Assembly: GCA_963666735.1 (NCBI GenBank)
Contig: OY762926.1
Coordinates: forward strand, 1,760,001 to 1,824,000
DNA: 64,000 nt
Source: Gemmatimonadota bacterium
GTDB lineage: Bacteria > Gemmatimonadota > Gemmatimonadetes > Palauibacterales > Palauibacteraceae
Direction of reading: 5' to 3'
Both the position numbers and the translations under genes were made by a program. Under the pieces are notes generated by a model that saw nothing but the letters and a program-made list of their open reading frames with translations, was not told the DNA's origin and ran no database searches. Positions 1-10,383 of the stretch are shown here, one piece after another. The first letter of the stretch is position 1; each line of letters opens with the position of its first letter.

Positions 1-229
1 CCCCCGCGGCGACGATGGCCCGGTACCCTCGCTCCGCAGCCTCGCGGGTGACGGCCAGACCTTCCTCTGAATCCGCAGCCTCGATGATATCGAAGGGGAC
101 GCCCCTCGCGGCGAAGGCGCCTCCCAGCCGCCGGCGCAGCGTCTCGGGCTCTGCGGTTCTGCCGCCCGCGCCGGGGTTGAGGAGCACGAGGAATCGCTCC
201 GAATCGGGATAGAGGTGCGCGCTGGACAT
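1..229 (-). CDS. Diacylglycerol/lipid kinase family protein (DagK/YegS-like), 5' part only; runs off the window
   Basis: Manual translation from ATG at 229 gives MSSAHLYPDSERFLVLLNPGAGG...AAERGYRAIVAAG(G). This has the NPxAG motif and the start of the GGDG motif. It is not in the ORF track because it is truncated. Confidence 0.75.
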   Translation of the reverse strand, partial: MSSAHLYPDSERFLVLLNPGAGGRTAEPETLRRRLGGAFAARGVPFDIIEAADSEEGLAVTREAAERGYRAIVAAG

Positions 230-248
230 GGAATGAAGTTAGGGGCCC

Positions 249-3200
249 CTAGCGAGAACCGCTGCCGGAGCCGGAACTGTCGTCGGTACCGGAACTGTCG
301 TCGGAGCCGCTGCCGAACACCCACTCACGGAAGAGGAAGAGACTGTAGGTGCGGTCGTTGGCGACGTTCGTGCCCAGGCTGAGGCCGAACAGCCTCTCGT
401 CGAATCGGCTCGCGGTGCCGGCTTCGACGGACCAGCCGGGGAGGAACGCCCACTCCAGCGCCGCCCTCGGAGGTCCGCCGCCCAGCGGCTGCCAGTAGGA
501 GAGGAAAAGGGCGTTGCTCGCATACCACCCGACTTCCAGCGCCGTACGCTCGAACAGGCTGCGGTTCGCGGCGATTCCTCCCGCGCCGCGCCCGGAAGCG
601 ATGGAGGTCAGGTTGAAATAGGAGATGCCGGTCGCCCCCCCGAGAGCGGATGTGAGCCCGGAACTCAGCGGACCGAAGAGGAACTGCTGCCCAATCCTCT
701 GGGCCAGCTGCTGGTCGGCGGAGCGGTAGCATGGCGTCCCCACGGCGAGCAGGCAGAGCTGGTCGGTCTCGCTCATGGGCGGATTACTCGTGAGGAGGAG
801 CTGCGGCTCGGTTGGGGTACCGGTGATCCGAGCCTCGACGGACACGGGCCCGTCGACCGTCCGGTCCCGATATTCGGCGGTGATGTCGAGGAGGGGGTTG
901 AAGCCGGCGTCGCCCACGAACTGGATGCTCCCCTCGGTGATCCGGAGGGGCCGGACGTAGGGCGGCACGCGGTCGAAGAAGTATGTGCCCCCCGGTATCT
1001 CGGCGCTTCCGCTGATGTAGAGCGTATCGAGGCGGCGGTCCATGTGGACGGCAAGCCCCTCCGCCACCATCTCGGCGTCGAGCCGAGCCGACCGCAATGA
1101 GAGGTCGGAGCCGAGATCGACGTTGGCGTTCAGGACAAGGTTGTCGAGGAACGGGTTCTGGAACTGCGCCAGAACACTCTCGGTCGAGGCGTCGAGGAGA
1201 TCGAAGACTCCCAACTCGCCGGGATTGAAGACCTCGAGTCCGCGGAGGAACTCATCCTGCTCCAGAAACCCGTCGGAGAGAACTACATCGCCGCTCACCC
1301 AGGGCCTCGCGTAGGCGCTGTCGAGCCGCGCCTGGCCGGTCACGGCGAACTCCATGTCGTTGCGCACGATGCCGTGGAATTCGTTGGCATCGAAGTCCAG
1401 AGCGAAGATCGGGTTGGTGATTCGGGCGATGTCCACTGTACCGCGCGCCAGCAGCGAACCGCCCAGGTCCGACCCCACGTAGGCCGAATCGACGAAGGCG
1501 AGCGAGGAACCGCGGAAGGCGATGCGGGCGCCAACATCGGTGAGCCAGACGCCGAGGTCCGGAACCCAACCCCGTCCGTTCACGATGCGCAGGCCGCCGT
1601 CGTAACGGAGGGCGCCGGGGGCGCCGCGAATCGAGAGGTCGGTCTCGGCAGTGCCGGTGACCTCCTCGAAGCTCGCCAGCACGAGTTCGACGAGCGCCAG
1701 CGGGAGACGGTCTCCGGTCAGGTCAAGGTCGAACGGGTTGTCGAGGAGGCGGCGTTCCACCGGAAGGATCGCGAGATCTGCGGCCACGGCGCCGCCGAGT
1801 CGCGCCAGGATGGCGCCGCCATCGACGAGGTCGATCTCTCCCCCGAGTTCGCGAGCGGCGTAGCCGACCCGCGCGCTCAGCGCGTCGTAGGCCTGATGTT
1901 GAAGGGACGGACCGAGGATCTCGAATTCCGCCGTCACAAGGGGTTCGGCCAGCGTGCCGGTCGCCGTCACGGTGCCACCGAAGGTGCCTCCGAGGACCGG
2001 TTGCTCTGAGAGCAGGTAGCCAAATTGGTCGACGCGCACGCCGAAGATCTCCACTCCGAGCGATCCCTCACCTGCGGCGGGGATGCGGCCGTCGGCGCGT
2101 AGCCGACCGAGTTGACCGTTCAGATGGAGGCCCTCGACGAGGAGCGCCGAGTCGGAGTAGACCAGTCTCGCGGGCGTCACGAGGGTGGACTCGAGCTTGC
2201 CGAGACGGAGCCGGAGATCGGTCAGGCCCGCGCTCCAGAGGTCGCCCCCGACCACGACGCCCCGACCCGAGAACTCGAGGCTGGAGTCGCGCTGCGCGTA
2301 GAACTCGGCGTCCAGCGCGTCGGCGCCGGGCTCGCCGGCGCCCGAGCGGGCGAGCCGCACCGAAAGCGAATCCACCCGCCGTCCATCCAACTCGACATCC
2401 GTAGCCGTGAACCGAGACCGGAGATCGCCGATCCGCAGCGGGTCGAACAGTTCGACGCGGGCGAAAAAATCTCCGGCGCGGTAGCTCCGAAAACGCGCGC
2501 CCGAGGCCTCGATGGTGGCGTCGAGCGTGAAGTCTCCCCAGCGGCCGGTGGCGGTCCCCCGCGTTTCCAGCCGACCCTCCAGTCCCTCCGTCGGTCTTTG
2601 GGTTCGCCGGGCCCGGCCCAGCAACTCCTCGATGCTCTCGAACAGCGCTTCGCCGGCCTCGGCCGCCGCCCCGCCCGGAATCTCATCCACAACCCAGCGG
2701 TCCCAGTCGGAGAGATCGGGAGCCTCCGCCTCGAAGGCGATCTGCCCGCTCCGGCCCGCCGCGAGCCCGAAGTCGCCCAGCACCGAGAGCGTCCCCACGT
2801 CTGAAGCGAGGAACGCGCTGTCGATCGTCGCCACGCCATCGGCCACCCGCAGCCGCACGCGACTGTCGAGGATCTCGGCCTGATCCACCCGGGAGGGAAG
2901 GACTTCGAGGTCGAATGCCGCCTCGAGCGTCGCGGGATCGATCCCTGCTCCCCGCACCCGCCCGCGGACGGCGAGCCGCGACGCCGGGGCGCCTTCGATC
3001 CACTGGTCCAGCGAGAGATCCGTTCCCTCGATCTCCGTGTCGTAACGCAGTGCTTCCGAGGCGAGATCGAAGTCCCCGTTCAGGGTGAGTCGGCCGCGTT
3101 CCGATTCGAGTTCCGCGTCGAGGGCCAGCGCCTCGAGACTCCCGCGCGCCCGGACGGGGCCGGTCACCGCGCCCGCCAGTTCGACGCCCGAGGCCCACGG

Positions 3201-5177
3201 GCGCAACAGCGTGAGAGCCAGCGGGTTCACGTCGACCGCCGCATCGACCCGCGACTGGGCGAGGTTGAGGAACCCGGAACCCGAGAAGCGCGAAAGATCG
3301 CCGGCCGGCGTCAGGTGCTCGACGTCGCCCTCGAAGGTGACGCCGCTGTCCTGTTCGCGATCGAGCGTGAGCGTCCCGTCGAAACGCCCGTCGATCCCCA
3401 GGTCCATGTCGATGAGGCGGGTCCAGCGAGATTCGAAGGCGTCGACTTCCACGCCGAGGCGGCGGAGGCTCAGGAACTCCTCGCCGATGCCGACGCCACC
3501 CCGCGCCAGCAGGCGGGACGGCGGCGTGCCCGGCTCGGGATCGTGCAGGGTGAGATCGGCAACGATCAGGAGGTCATCGACATAACCGGAGCCGCGCAGC
3601 GTGCCGCGCAGCGTCCCCGGCACCGTCTCCGCCAGCGTCGCGGGCGCCGTTGCGGACGACGGGTCGGACTCCGCGTCGGACTCCGCGTTGGACTCCGCGT
3701 CAATAGCGGCGGCATTGCCGGGCGCGGAGAGTGAGTCGCGTCCGAGGAGTGGGCCGAGATGCGCGAGATCGAAGGGCGCCAGCGTGACATCGATTCGGCG
3801 GAATCTGGGGCGCGGCTCGAGGGCGAGGGCGAACTCTCCGGTCATGCGGGTGTCGCCCGTTCGGAAGTCTCCGTTCGTGACGTCCACAACCGTGTTCCCG
3901 CCGCGGCCGCTGAGGTCGATGGACATCGGGCCGCCACCCGTCTCAGGCAGGTCGATGGGCAGCCAGCGGAGGTCCCGCACGTCGAGCGGATCGCCCTCCA
4001 GCGCAAACTCGAAATCGAGACCGTTCGCGGCCATCCACCCTTCCCCGCCGATCACCGACTGGTCCGTCTCCAGCCTCTCCAGATCTACGCGCGCCGTGTC
4101 TCCAAGCGTCAGGTTCATGCGCAGGATCGAGACTTCCAGGGGCTGGTTCACGGCGAGCAGCGTGGCGGCCGCATCCTCGACCTCGATCATGAACGGGGCT
4201 TCGGGATCCGTCACCCGCGTGACCGGGAACCGGCCGCGGAGGTTCGTCAGTTCGAACACGCGCTCGAATTCGCCGTCCGGTGTCTCTTGCAGGGCCCACG
4301 GCGACTCCCCCGCGCGCGCCTCGCGCAACGCCTCCGTCCTGGCGGCTCCCGCCAGCGTTTCCGTCCACGGCGTACGGATCCGGATGCGGCCGGAGGCGAC
4401 CGTCGCGTCACGCAGGAGGATGCCGAGCGCGGCCTGCGGCGCCCCGGTCGGCGTCGGCCGCGCGTCCACCGGCTGGTCGGGGTTCTGGTCCGGCGGGTCC
4501 GGGCCCTCGTCCGGATCCTGGTCCAGGCCCTGGTCGGGGGAGAGAGAGAAGGCCGCCGCGAGGAGCGAGGCCGCCGGCGGCTGGGCTGAAGGCTCCGACT
4601 GTGCCGACGGATCGGGCTGTGGCAGCTCGGGGAGCGGTTCGAAGATGCGTTCGTAGTTCCAGCGGCCATCCGGGTACTGCCGGAGACGGAGGTCCAGCCC
4701 GCGGGCGTGGAGCCGGCCCACGTCGAGTTGCTGCCGCAGGAGCGCCACGGGGTCGAATTCGATCGTGACGGTGTCCAGCGCCAGGAGCAGTCCGTCGTCC
4801 TCGTCGACGATCTCGAAGCGGGAGACGGTGAGATCGCTGAGGAGATTGCCGGAGATGGCGTGGCCGATGCGTACCTCCCCGTTCACGCTGCGGGCGAGGG
4901 CGTTCTCGAGCAGGGAGAGCGCGGCGTCCCGACCCCTGGCGGTCTGCGTCATCACGATGAAGGCGCCGAGCACCAGCAAACCCGCGAGCACGGTCAGCGG
5001 CAGTGCGATCCGGCGGCGGCGCGGGGGCGGCGCGAGCTCCGACCCGCCGGACTCGAGCGTGGACTCCGACCCGCCGGACTCGAGCGCCGGTTCGCCGGAC
5101 CCTGGTGCGGCCCCCTCGGACCCGGACGTGGAATCCGGCGGGGGAGGCGACTCGGGGGGGCGTTCGCGGGGACTCAG
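249..5177 (-). CDS. tamB: Translocation/assembly module TamB (AsmA-like) protein
   Basis: N-terminal TM helix (RRRRIALPLTVLAGLLVLGAFIV), long beta-taco-like repeats, and a DUF490-like C-terminus (G.I.F.G...NP.LDI.A...LTSNPPMSETD.L.LL). It lies directly downstream of an Omp85 gene. The start is placed at a CTG overlapping the upstream TGA; the ORF-track extension to 7169 overlaps the Omp85 gene. Confidence 0.8.
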   Translation of the reverse strand: MSPRERPPESPPPPDSTSGSEGAAPGSGEPALESGGSESTLESGGSELAPPPRRRRIALPLTVLAGLLVLGAFIVMTQTARGRDAALSLLENALARSVNGEVRIGHAISGNLLSDLTVSRFEIVDEDDGLLLALDTVTIEFDPVALLRQQLDVGRLHARGLDLRLRQYPDGRWNYERIFEPLPELPQPDPSAQSEPSAQPPAASLLAAAFSLSPDQGLDQDPDEGPDPPDQNPDQPVDARPTPTGAPQAALGILLRDATVASGRIRIRTPWTETLAGAARTEALREARAGESPWALQETPDGEFERVFELTNLRGRFPVTRVTDPEAPFMIEVEDAAATLLAVNQPLEVSILRMNLTLGDTARVDLERLETDQSVIGGEGWMAANGLDFEFALEGDPLDVRDLRWLPIDLPETGGGPMSIDLSGRGGNTVVDVTNGDFRTGDTRMTGEFALALEPRPRFRRIDVTLAPFDLAHLGPLLGRDSLSAPGNAAAIDAESNAESDAESDPSSATAPATLAETVPGTLRGTLRGSGYVDDLLIVADLTLHDPEPGTPPSRLLARGGVGIGEEFLSLRRLGVEVDAFESRWTRLIDMDLGIDGRFDGTLTLDREQDSGVTFEGDVEHLTPAGDLSRFSGSGFLNLAQSRVDAAVDVNPLALTLLRPWASGVELAGAVTGPVRARGSLEALALDAELESERGRLTLNGDFDLASEALRYDTEIEGTDLSLDQWIEGAPASRLAVRGRVRGAGIDPATLEAAFDLEVLPSRVDQAEILDSRVRLRVADGVATIDSAFLASDVGTLSVLGDFGLAAGRSGQIAFEAEAPDLSDWDRWVVDEIPGGAAAEAGEALFESIEELLGRARRTQRPTEGLEGRLETRGTATGRWGDFTLDATIEASGARFRSYRAGDFFARVELFDPLRIGDLRSRFTATDVELDGRRVDSLSVRLARSGAGEPGADALDAEFYAQRDSSLEFSGRGVVVGGDLWSAGLTDLRLRLGKLESTLVTPARLVYSDSALLVEGLHLNGQLGRLRADGRIPAAGEGSLGVEIFGVRVDQFGYLLSEQPVLGGTFGGTVTATGTLAEPLVTAEFEILGPSLQHQAYDALSARVGYAARELGGEIDLVDGGAILARLGGAVAADLAILPVERRLLDNPFDLDLTGDRLPLALVELVLASFEEVTGTAETDLSIRGAPGALRYDGGLRIVNGRGWVPDLGVWLTDVGARIAFRGSSLAFVDSAYVGSDLGGSLLARGTVDIARITNPIFALDFDANEFHGIVRNDMEFAVTGQARLDSAYARPWVSGDVVLSDGFLEQDEFLRGLEVFNPGELGVFDLLDASTESVLAQFQNPFLDNLVLNANVDLGSDLSLRSARLDAEMVAEGLAVHMDRRLDTLYISGSAEIPGGTYFFDRVPPYVRPLRITEGSIQFVGDAGFNPLLDITAEYRDRTVDGPVSVEARITGTPTEPQLLLTSNPPMSETDQLCLLAVGTPCYRSADQQLAQRIGQQFLFGPLSSGLTSALGGATGISYFNLTSIASGRGAGGIAANRSLFERTALEVGWYASNALFLSYWQPLGGGPPRAALEWAFLPGWSVEAGTASRFDERLFGLSLGTNVANDRTYSLFLFREWVFGSGSDDSSGTDDSSGSGSGSR

Positions 5178-7390
5178 AACGCTTCTCCGATGGACACGTG
5201 GATCTGCACGCGGCGCCAGAGTTCGAGCAGGGGGTGCGGATCGTCGAACCGGAACGGATCGAACAAGACGGGCTGCGGCATCTGGACCAGGGTTCCGTCC
5301 TCCATCGATACAATTGCCGGTAACTCGGTCGCGAATGTCGTATTGTATCCTATATCGAGCCGGATGGAACCGACCGGGCTCGCGTACCGGAGTCCGAGGC
5401 CGGGCGTCCACTGGAGTTTCCGAACCTCCGTGAGCCTCTGCGAGACGCTTCCCGCGTCCCCGAAGAAGACGAGTGCCCACCGCTCGCTGAGGTATCGGCG
5501 CAGTTCGAAACTCAGTTCCAGTTGAGCGTCGCCGCCGCGGGGCCGCTCGTCGAAGGCGCCGGGGTTCTGCGTCGCGAGCCGTTCGACGCACGCCGCGAAG
5601 TCTCCCGCCGGGCAGTCTTCCACCTGATCGGCCACGAGCACGCGGGGTCCGAGCAGGTTCTGGCCGACGCCGCGCACGCTCTGCGAGCCGCCGACGAAGA
5701 AGCGTCGGGAGGGATGGATGAGCCGGTCGGTCCGCGGGGCGCCGGGCGTGAAGATGCGGGTGCCGGGGAAGCGGACCATCCCGGTGCGCGCGCGCGCGGC
5801 GAACACGAGGCCGGGTTCGAGTTCCCGGAAGAGGGCGGCTTGCACCACGATCCGCGCGTACCGGTAATGCGATCCCGTCATCTCGTGGGCGATTTCCCCC
5901 TCCGCCGTCAGATAGTGGCCGCGGGTGGGACGGAGCGCGTCGTCCGTTTCGTTGTAGATCCAGGCGAGCGTCAGGGGCGCCAGCCAGCGCGACCTCGTCA
6001 CGGTGACGATGTCTTCGGGCTCGCAGAAGCCGAAGTTGATGCAGAAGAAGATGTCCGCGGACTGCTCGCCGAAGCCGGTGAAGCCCGGCGAGTAGGAGAG
6101 GGTGGCGGACGCCCGGCGCCCGAGTCGGCGCGTGAGGCCGATCTCGGCGCCGAAGCCCTCCTGGATGAAGACATCGGGAATCGTCTCCCGCTCGAGGAAG
6201 ACCCGCGCGCTGAAGCTGTTCTCGGCCGAAAGGGCGACGGGGAGGAGCAGTTCCGCCTGGAGCAGATAATTCAACGTCCGGAAGGCGGGGTCGGTGCCCA
6301 CCTGGGAGCAGGGGAAGGACCCGTCCAGCTGGTCCGCGAAGATGTTCCCGAGCTGGCCGGTGATCTCCAGCCGCCGGGCCGCGCCGAAAAGGTTGCGGTG
6401 CGTGAGCCGCGTCTCGGTCCGGAGGCACTGGTCGGTACTCCATCCGACGCCGAACCGGGCGGCCCGCGGCGAGGCCGGTGTGACCTGGACGACAAGATCC
6501 AGGGTCGAATCGGCGGTGGCGGCCCCGGGCGGCGGCGGTTCCCGGCGGATCGAGGCGAAGCGGATGGCGTCGAGGCCGAAGAGGTTCCGCTGCCCTTCCA
6601 GCTCGGCCTCCTGGTTGTAGTAGTCGCCGGCGCCGAGGGGGAGGAGGTCTCGGATCACTTCCTCGCCGATCGCCTCGCCGCCCTCGATCCGGATCTCTCG
6701 CAGGCGATAGCGGGCGCCGGGGTGGACATCGAGCGCCACCTGCGCGGTCCCGTCCCTCCCGCGGTGGAAGTCTTCCAGAGCCATGGCGTAGACGTAACCC
6801 TGACGGCGTAGCGAACCGATGAGGCTGTCCACGCCGGCCTGCAGCCGCTGGCCATCGAAGGGATCGCCGACGCCGAGACCCACGAGGGCCGCAGCCTCCT
6901 CCGCGCCGAGGGCCTCGGGCAGCCCCTCGATGGAGAACTCGTCGATGAGGGTGGCCGGACCTTCCTCGATGATGAACGAGACGCTGGCGTCGACGCCGTT
7001 CGTGCGGATGATGTGGTGGACATCCGCCTCGAAGTGGCCGCGGTAGTTGTAGTACAGGCGGAGCCGGTCGGCGTCGACCGCGACCTCGAGCGTGTCGAGA
7101 TAGGCCCGGCGGTGCGCGAAGCCCCAGTTCGTCGCCAGACAGAAGGGAGACAGCAGGAGGCTCGCGCACTCGGTGCCGCGGGTGCGGATGACCGCGCGCA
7201 ACTGTCCGTCCGAGAGCGTCGCGTTGCCGCGGAAGTTGAGGGAAGTCACCTCGGCGCGGCGCGGTCCCGCCTCGCCCGCTGCCTGACCGAGGAGCGGGGA
7301 CGGCCCGAAATACGAAGACGGTCCGGCGAACGAAGGCGGTCCGGCGAGGGTGACGGCCAGCGCCAGCCCGGCCAGAGCCACGCGTTTCAC
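5174..7390 (-). CDS. Omp85 family outer-membrane protein (TamA/BamA-like) with POTRA domains
   Basis: Signal peptide, POTRA-like repeats (VTSLNFRGN, IEEGP), RFFVGGSQSVRG, GLGLRYASPVGSIRLDIG and C-terminal SIGEAF. The GTG start overlaps the lgt stop (GTGA). Confidence 0.85.
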   Translation of the reverse strand: MKRVALAGLALAVTLAGPPSFAGPSSYFGPSPLLGQAAGEAGPRRAEVTSLNFRGNATLSDGQLRAVIRTRGTECASLLLSPFCLATNWGFAHRRAYLDTLEVAVDADRLRLYYNYRGHFEADVHHIIRTNGVDASVSFIIEEGPATLIDEFSIEGLPEALGAEEAAALVGLGVGDPFDGQRLQAGVDSLIGSLRRQGYVYAMALEDFHRGRDGTAQVALDVHPGARYRLREIRIEGGEAIGEEVIRDLLPLGAGDYYNQEAELEGQRNLFGLDAIRFASIRREPPPPGAATADSTLDLVVQVTPASPRAARFGVGWSTDQCLRTETRLTHRNLFGAARRLEITGQLGNIFADQLDGSFPCSQVGTDPAFRTLNYLLQAELLLPVALSAENSFSARVFLERETIPDVFIQEGFGAEIGLTRRLGRRASATLSYSPGFTGFGEQSADIFFCINFGFCEPEDIVTVTRSRWLAPLTLAWIYNETDDALRPTRGHYLTAEGEIAHEMTGSHYRYARIVVQAALFRELEPGLVFAARARTGMVRFPGTRIFTPGAPRTDRLIHPSRRFFVGGSQSVRGVGQNLLGPRVLVADQVEDCPAGDFAACVERLATQNPGAFDERPRGGDAQLELSFELRRYLSERWALVFFGDAGSVSQRLTEVRKLQWTPGLGLRYASPVGSIRLDIGYNTTFATELPAIVSMEDGTLVQMPQPVLFDPFRFDDPHPLLELWRRVQIHVSIGEAF

Positions 7391-8220
7391 ACCGCCGCCT
7401 CGCCGGCCCGGCGGCGCAGTCTGAGGATGAGCGCGATGCCCGCCGCGAACATCAGGACCGAGATCACCTGAGCGAGCGTGAAGCCTCCGAAGAAGCGGTC
7501 GTCCTTGGCGCGGAAAAACTCGACGACGAAGCGCTCGGCCGCGGCCAGCGCGAGCCACATGCCGAACAGCCACCCCTGGACGTGCGGGTGCCGCCGCAGC
7601 CGCCACAGGAGGAAGAAGATGACGAGCGAGAGTCCGGTCTCGTAGAGCTGCGTCGGGTGAACGGAGAGGACCTCGGTGTCCGGGATCGCGGGGTCCACGT
7701 CCGCCCCGAAACGCCGCAGGTTGCCGGCGGTCGAGGGCGGAATGCCGTTGGGGAAGGCCATGCCGGCGAACGATTCCGTCGGGCGCCCGTAGTCGTCGCC
7801 GACGAGGAAACAGCCGATGCGGCCGATTCCGTAGGCGAGCGGAAGCGCGGGCGCGATCGCGTCCACTCCGAGGCCGGGGGAGACGGGGCGCCGGTACAGT
7901 ACCCACATGACGCCGATGAACCCGCCGATGAACCCGCCGTACCAGACGAGCCCGCTGCGCGAGAAGATCATCCCCAGCGGATCGACCACGGTTAGGTCCC
8001 AGTAGAGGAGCACGTAGTAGATCTTCGCCCCGACGATGCCGCCGACCAGCGCCCCCAGAAGCATGTCCGCCGCGAGGTCGCGCCCGGCGCCGAGGCGCGC
8101 GGTTTCCTTGCGCAGGAGCAGGTACCCGCCCAGAAAGGCGAGCGCCATCATGAGCCCGAAGGAGGTGATCGTGAACTCGCCGAGTACCGGCAGCGTCAGT
8201 GTGAAGAGTTCGGGATACAC
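7387..8220 (-). CDS. lgt: Prolipoprotein diacylglyceryl transferase
   Basis: Motifs GLVWYGG, GRIGCFLVGDDYG, HPTQLYE and ERFVVEFFR; multi-TM protein. Confidence 0.92.
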   Translation of the reverse strand: MYPELFTLTLPVLGEFTITSFGLMMALAFLGGYLLLRKETARLGAGRDLAADMLLGALVGGIVGAKIYYVLLYWDLTVVDPLGMIFSRSGLVWYGGFIGGFIGVMWVLYRRPVSPGLGVDAIAPALPLAYGIGRIGCFLVGDDYGRPTESFAGMAFPNGIPPSTAGNLRRFGADVDPAIPDTEVLSVHPTQLYETGLSLVIFFLLWRLRRHPHVQGWLFGMWLALAAAERFVVEFFRAKDDRFFGGFTLAQVISVLMFAAGIALILRLRRRAGEAAV

Positions 8221-8302
8221 GTCTGGTACGCTCCTCGTTGGCTCTATACTGCTCGTTGGCTGCTGTGCTGCTCGCTGGCTGTCCCGGCTTGCGCGCCGGC
8301 CG

Positions 8303-9439
8303 CTATGCGAGGCCGGGAAACGCGAGCGCCGCTTCGGCGTTCAACGACCACGGGCTGCGCTCCCCTCTCGCCAGGCGGAACTGCGCGGCCGCGGCGATCA
8401 TCGCCGCGTTGTCCGTCGCGAGACGGGGGGAAGGGGCGTACAACTCCCCGGACGAGCCCAGACGCTCGGCTAAACCTTCACGAAGACGGGAGTTCCGCGC
8501 CACTCCCCCGCCCAGCACGACCCTCCGGCAGCCCGTCTGTTCCACGGCGCGCCGGGTCTTCTCGGCGAGGACTTCGACCACGGCCTCCTGGAATTCCGCG
8601 GCCAGATCGTCGACGGCATCGGCGAGATCGCTCTCCTCCTCCAGTTGTCCGGCGATCCGCGCCGCGGCGGTCTTCAGACCGGAAAAGGACATGTCGTAGT
8701 ACGCGGGATCGCCGGGCAGATCGCGCCGGCTCAGCATCGGGCGCGGGAGCCGGAAACGTCCCGCCGCGCCACCGGCCGCCGTGCTCCCGGCCGCCGCGCT
8801 CCTCTCCGCGGCGCGCTGAATCTCGGGTCCTCCCGGATACGGCAGCCCCAGCCGGCGCGCGACCTTGTCGAAAGCCTCGCCCGCCGCGTCGTCCCGGGTC
8901 TGGCCCAGGAGGCGGTAGCGCCCCCATGCGCGGGCCTCGAGCAGGAGCGTGTGTCCGCCCGATACGAGGAGACCGATGAAGGGGGGATGCGCACCCTCGT
9001 GCTCGAGCGCGGTGCCGAACAGGTGTCCCTCCATGTGATGGACGCCGAGGAGAGGAAGCCCGCGCGCGAAGGCGTAGGCCTTGGCCCAGTTCACGCCCGC
9101 GAGCAGGGCTCCGACCAGCCCGGGCCCCGCCGTCACGCCGACGCCGGCGATGTCCCCGTGGTCGACGCCCGCCTCTCGCATGGCGTGCCGCACCATCGCG
9201 TCGAGCGAGCGGATGTGCTCGCGGGCGGCGATCTCCGGCACGACGCCCCCGAACGCGGCGTGCGCGTCCTGCGACGCGATCGCGAGACCCCCGATCCCGT
9301 GCTCATCGACGACGGCGGCGGAGGTCTCGTCGCACGAAGTCTCGATTCCGAGGACCGGCCCGCCCCGGAAGCCGGCGGGGGGGGCGACGACGGGGGCGAC
9401 GGGGCGCTGAGCGGCGCCCGGGGCGGCCGGCGTGTCTAT
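8303..9439 (-). CDS. tsaD: tRNA N6-adenosine threonylcarbamoyltransferase TsaD (start uncertain)
   Basis: Motifs VLGIETSCDETS, GGVVPEIAAREH, GPGL, HHMEGH, VSGGHT, TRDDAAGEAFDK, SFSGLKT and TDNAAMIA. I found no ATG/GTG/TTG between the ybbR stop and the first motif. Confidence 0.93.
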   Translation of the reverse strand: MDTPAAPGAAQRPVAPVVAPPAGFRGGPVLGIETSCDETSAAVVDEHGIGGLAIASQDAHAAFGGVVPEIAAREHIRSLDAMVRHAMREAGVDHGDIAGVGVTAGPGLVGALLAGVNWAKAYAFARGLPLLGVHHMEGHLFGTALEHEGAHPPFIGLLVSGGHTLLLEARAWGRYRLLGQTRDDAAGEAFDKVARRLGLPYPGGPEIQRAAERSAAAGSTAAGGAAGRFRLPRPMLSRRDLPGDPAYYDMSFSGLKTAAARIAGQLEEESDLADAVDDLAAEFQEAVVEVLAEKTRRAVEQTGCRRVVLGGGVARNSRLREGLAERLGSSGELYAPSPRLATDNAAMIAAAAQFRLARGERSPWSLNAEAALAFPGLA

Positions 9440-10383
9440 GGGTCGGGCGGGTCGGAGGCGATACCCGCGCTCACCCGCTCCGGAACGAGGTCGATCGTCA
9501 CCGTGCCGGCCACGGCGTCGGGCAACTGCGCGCGCACGGGATAGGACCCCGCCGATTCGAAGGAATTGGGGATATCGACCGTCACGCGCACGTCCCCCGG
9601 ATCGAGTCCGTCCACGATGGCCGCCGGTCCGGTGACGGCCACCGTGACCGTGGGCGGATCCACCGCCGCCATGAGGGCTCGTGGACCCGTGGTGACAACT
9701 TCGCTCGCGAACAGGCGGGTGCGGAGAGAATCCACGTCGACGGTCGCGATCACGGTGGCGGGCTCGACCGAGAGTCCCGCGAGATCCGGCGGCAGAGCGA
9801 TCTCGAGTTGCTGGGTCACGCGCGTGGAGACCGCGCCGACCTCGAGCGTGGCCGTCGTCACCTCGGAAATCTGGTTGACGAAGGACGCGGGTCCCTGGAG
9901 CCACACGCTGTCGGGGGCAACCTGCATGCCGACGACCAGCACGCCCGCCGCCGCCCTCGCATCCGTCCGGCCGGAGACCGCGACCCGCTTCCCCACCCGT
10001 TCCTCGAGATACACGGTGACGGCGCCCGGAGAGACTCCCACGGGATCGAGCCCGAGTTCGCGATTGTAGATGACCTCCGAGGTGGAGAGCGGCACCTGGA
10101 CCACGGTGTCCTCGACCTGGTCGAGCACCTTCCGGATCACCGGCCTCTCGAAGCGCGCGGCGAACACCTGGTTCCGGCGTCCGCGGAACGTTGTCGTGAT
10201 CTCGGCAGGCCTTACTTCGCGCAGACTCCACGCGGAATCGCTCACCTGGATCTCGAGGAGCGTCGATACCGGCTGCTCGGCGATCTCGGCATCCGCCGAC
10301 ACGCTGAGCCAGAGAAGCACGGACAGCACGATCGCCGCGACCTTGTAGGGCCAGTTCTGCGTGAAGGCGCTCCTGAAATCCAT
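9436..10383 (-). CDS. YbbR/CdaR-like domain protein
   Basis: N-terminal NWPYKVAAIVLSVLLW TM motif typical of YbbR proteins, plus repeated V.P..V.V.GP motifs. Confidence 0.8.
   Translation of the reverse strand: MDFRSAFTQNWPYKVAAIVLSVLLWLSVSADAEIAEQPVSTLLEIQVSDSAWSLREVRPAEITTTFRGRRNQVFAARFERPVIRKVLDQVEDTVVQVPLSTSEVIYNRELGLDPVGVSPGAVTVYLEERVGKRVAVSGRTDARAAAGVLVVGMQVAPDSVWLQGPASFVNQISEVTTATLEVGAVSTRVTQQLEIALPPDLAGLSVEPATVIATVDVDSLRTRLFASEVVTTGPRALMAAVDPPTVTVAVTGPAAIVDGLDPGDVRVTVDIPNSFESAGSYPVRAQLPDAVAGTVTIDLVPERVSAGIASDPPDP

Noticed and set aside
5178..7169. 2306-aa ORF suggesting a giant N-terminally extended TamB or TamA-TamB fusion
   Set aside because: The extension is Arg/Pro-rich off-frame translation overlapping the Omp85 gene; TamB-like sequence begins only at about 5177.
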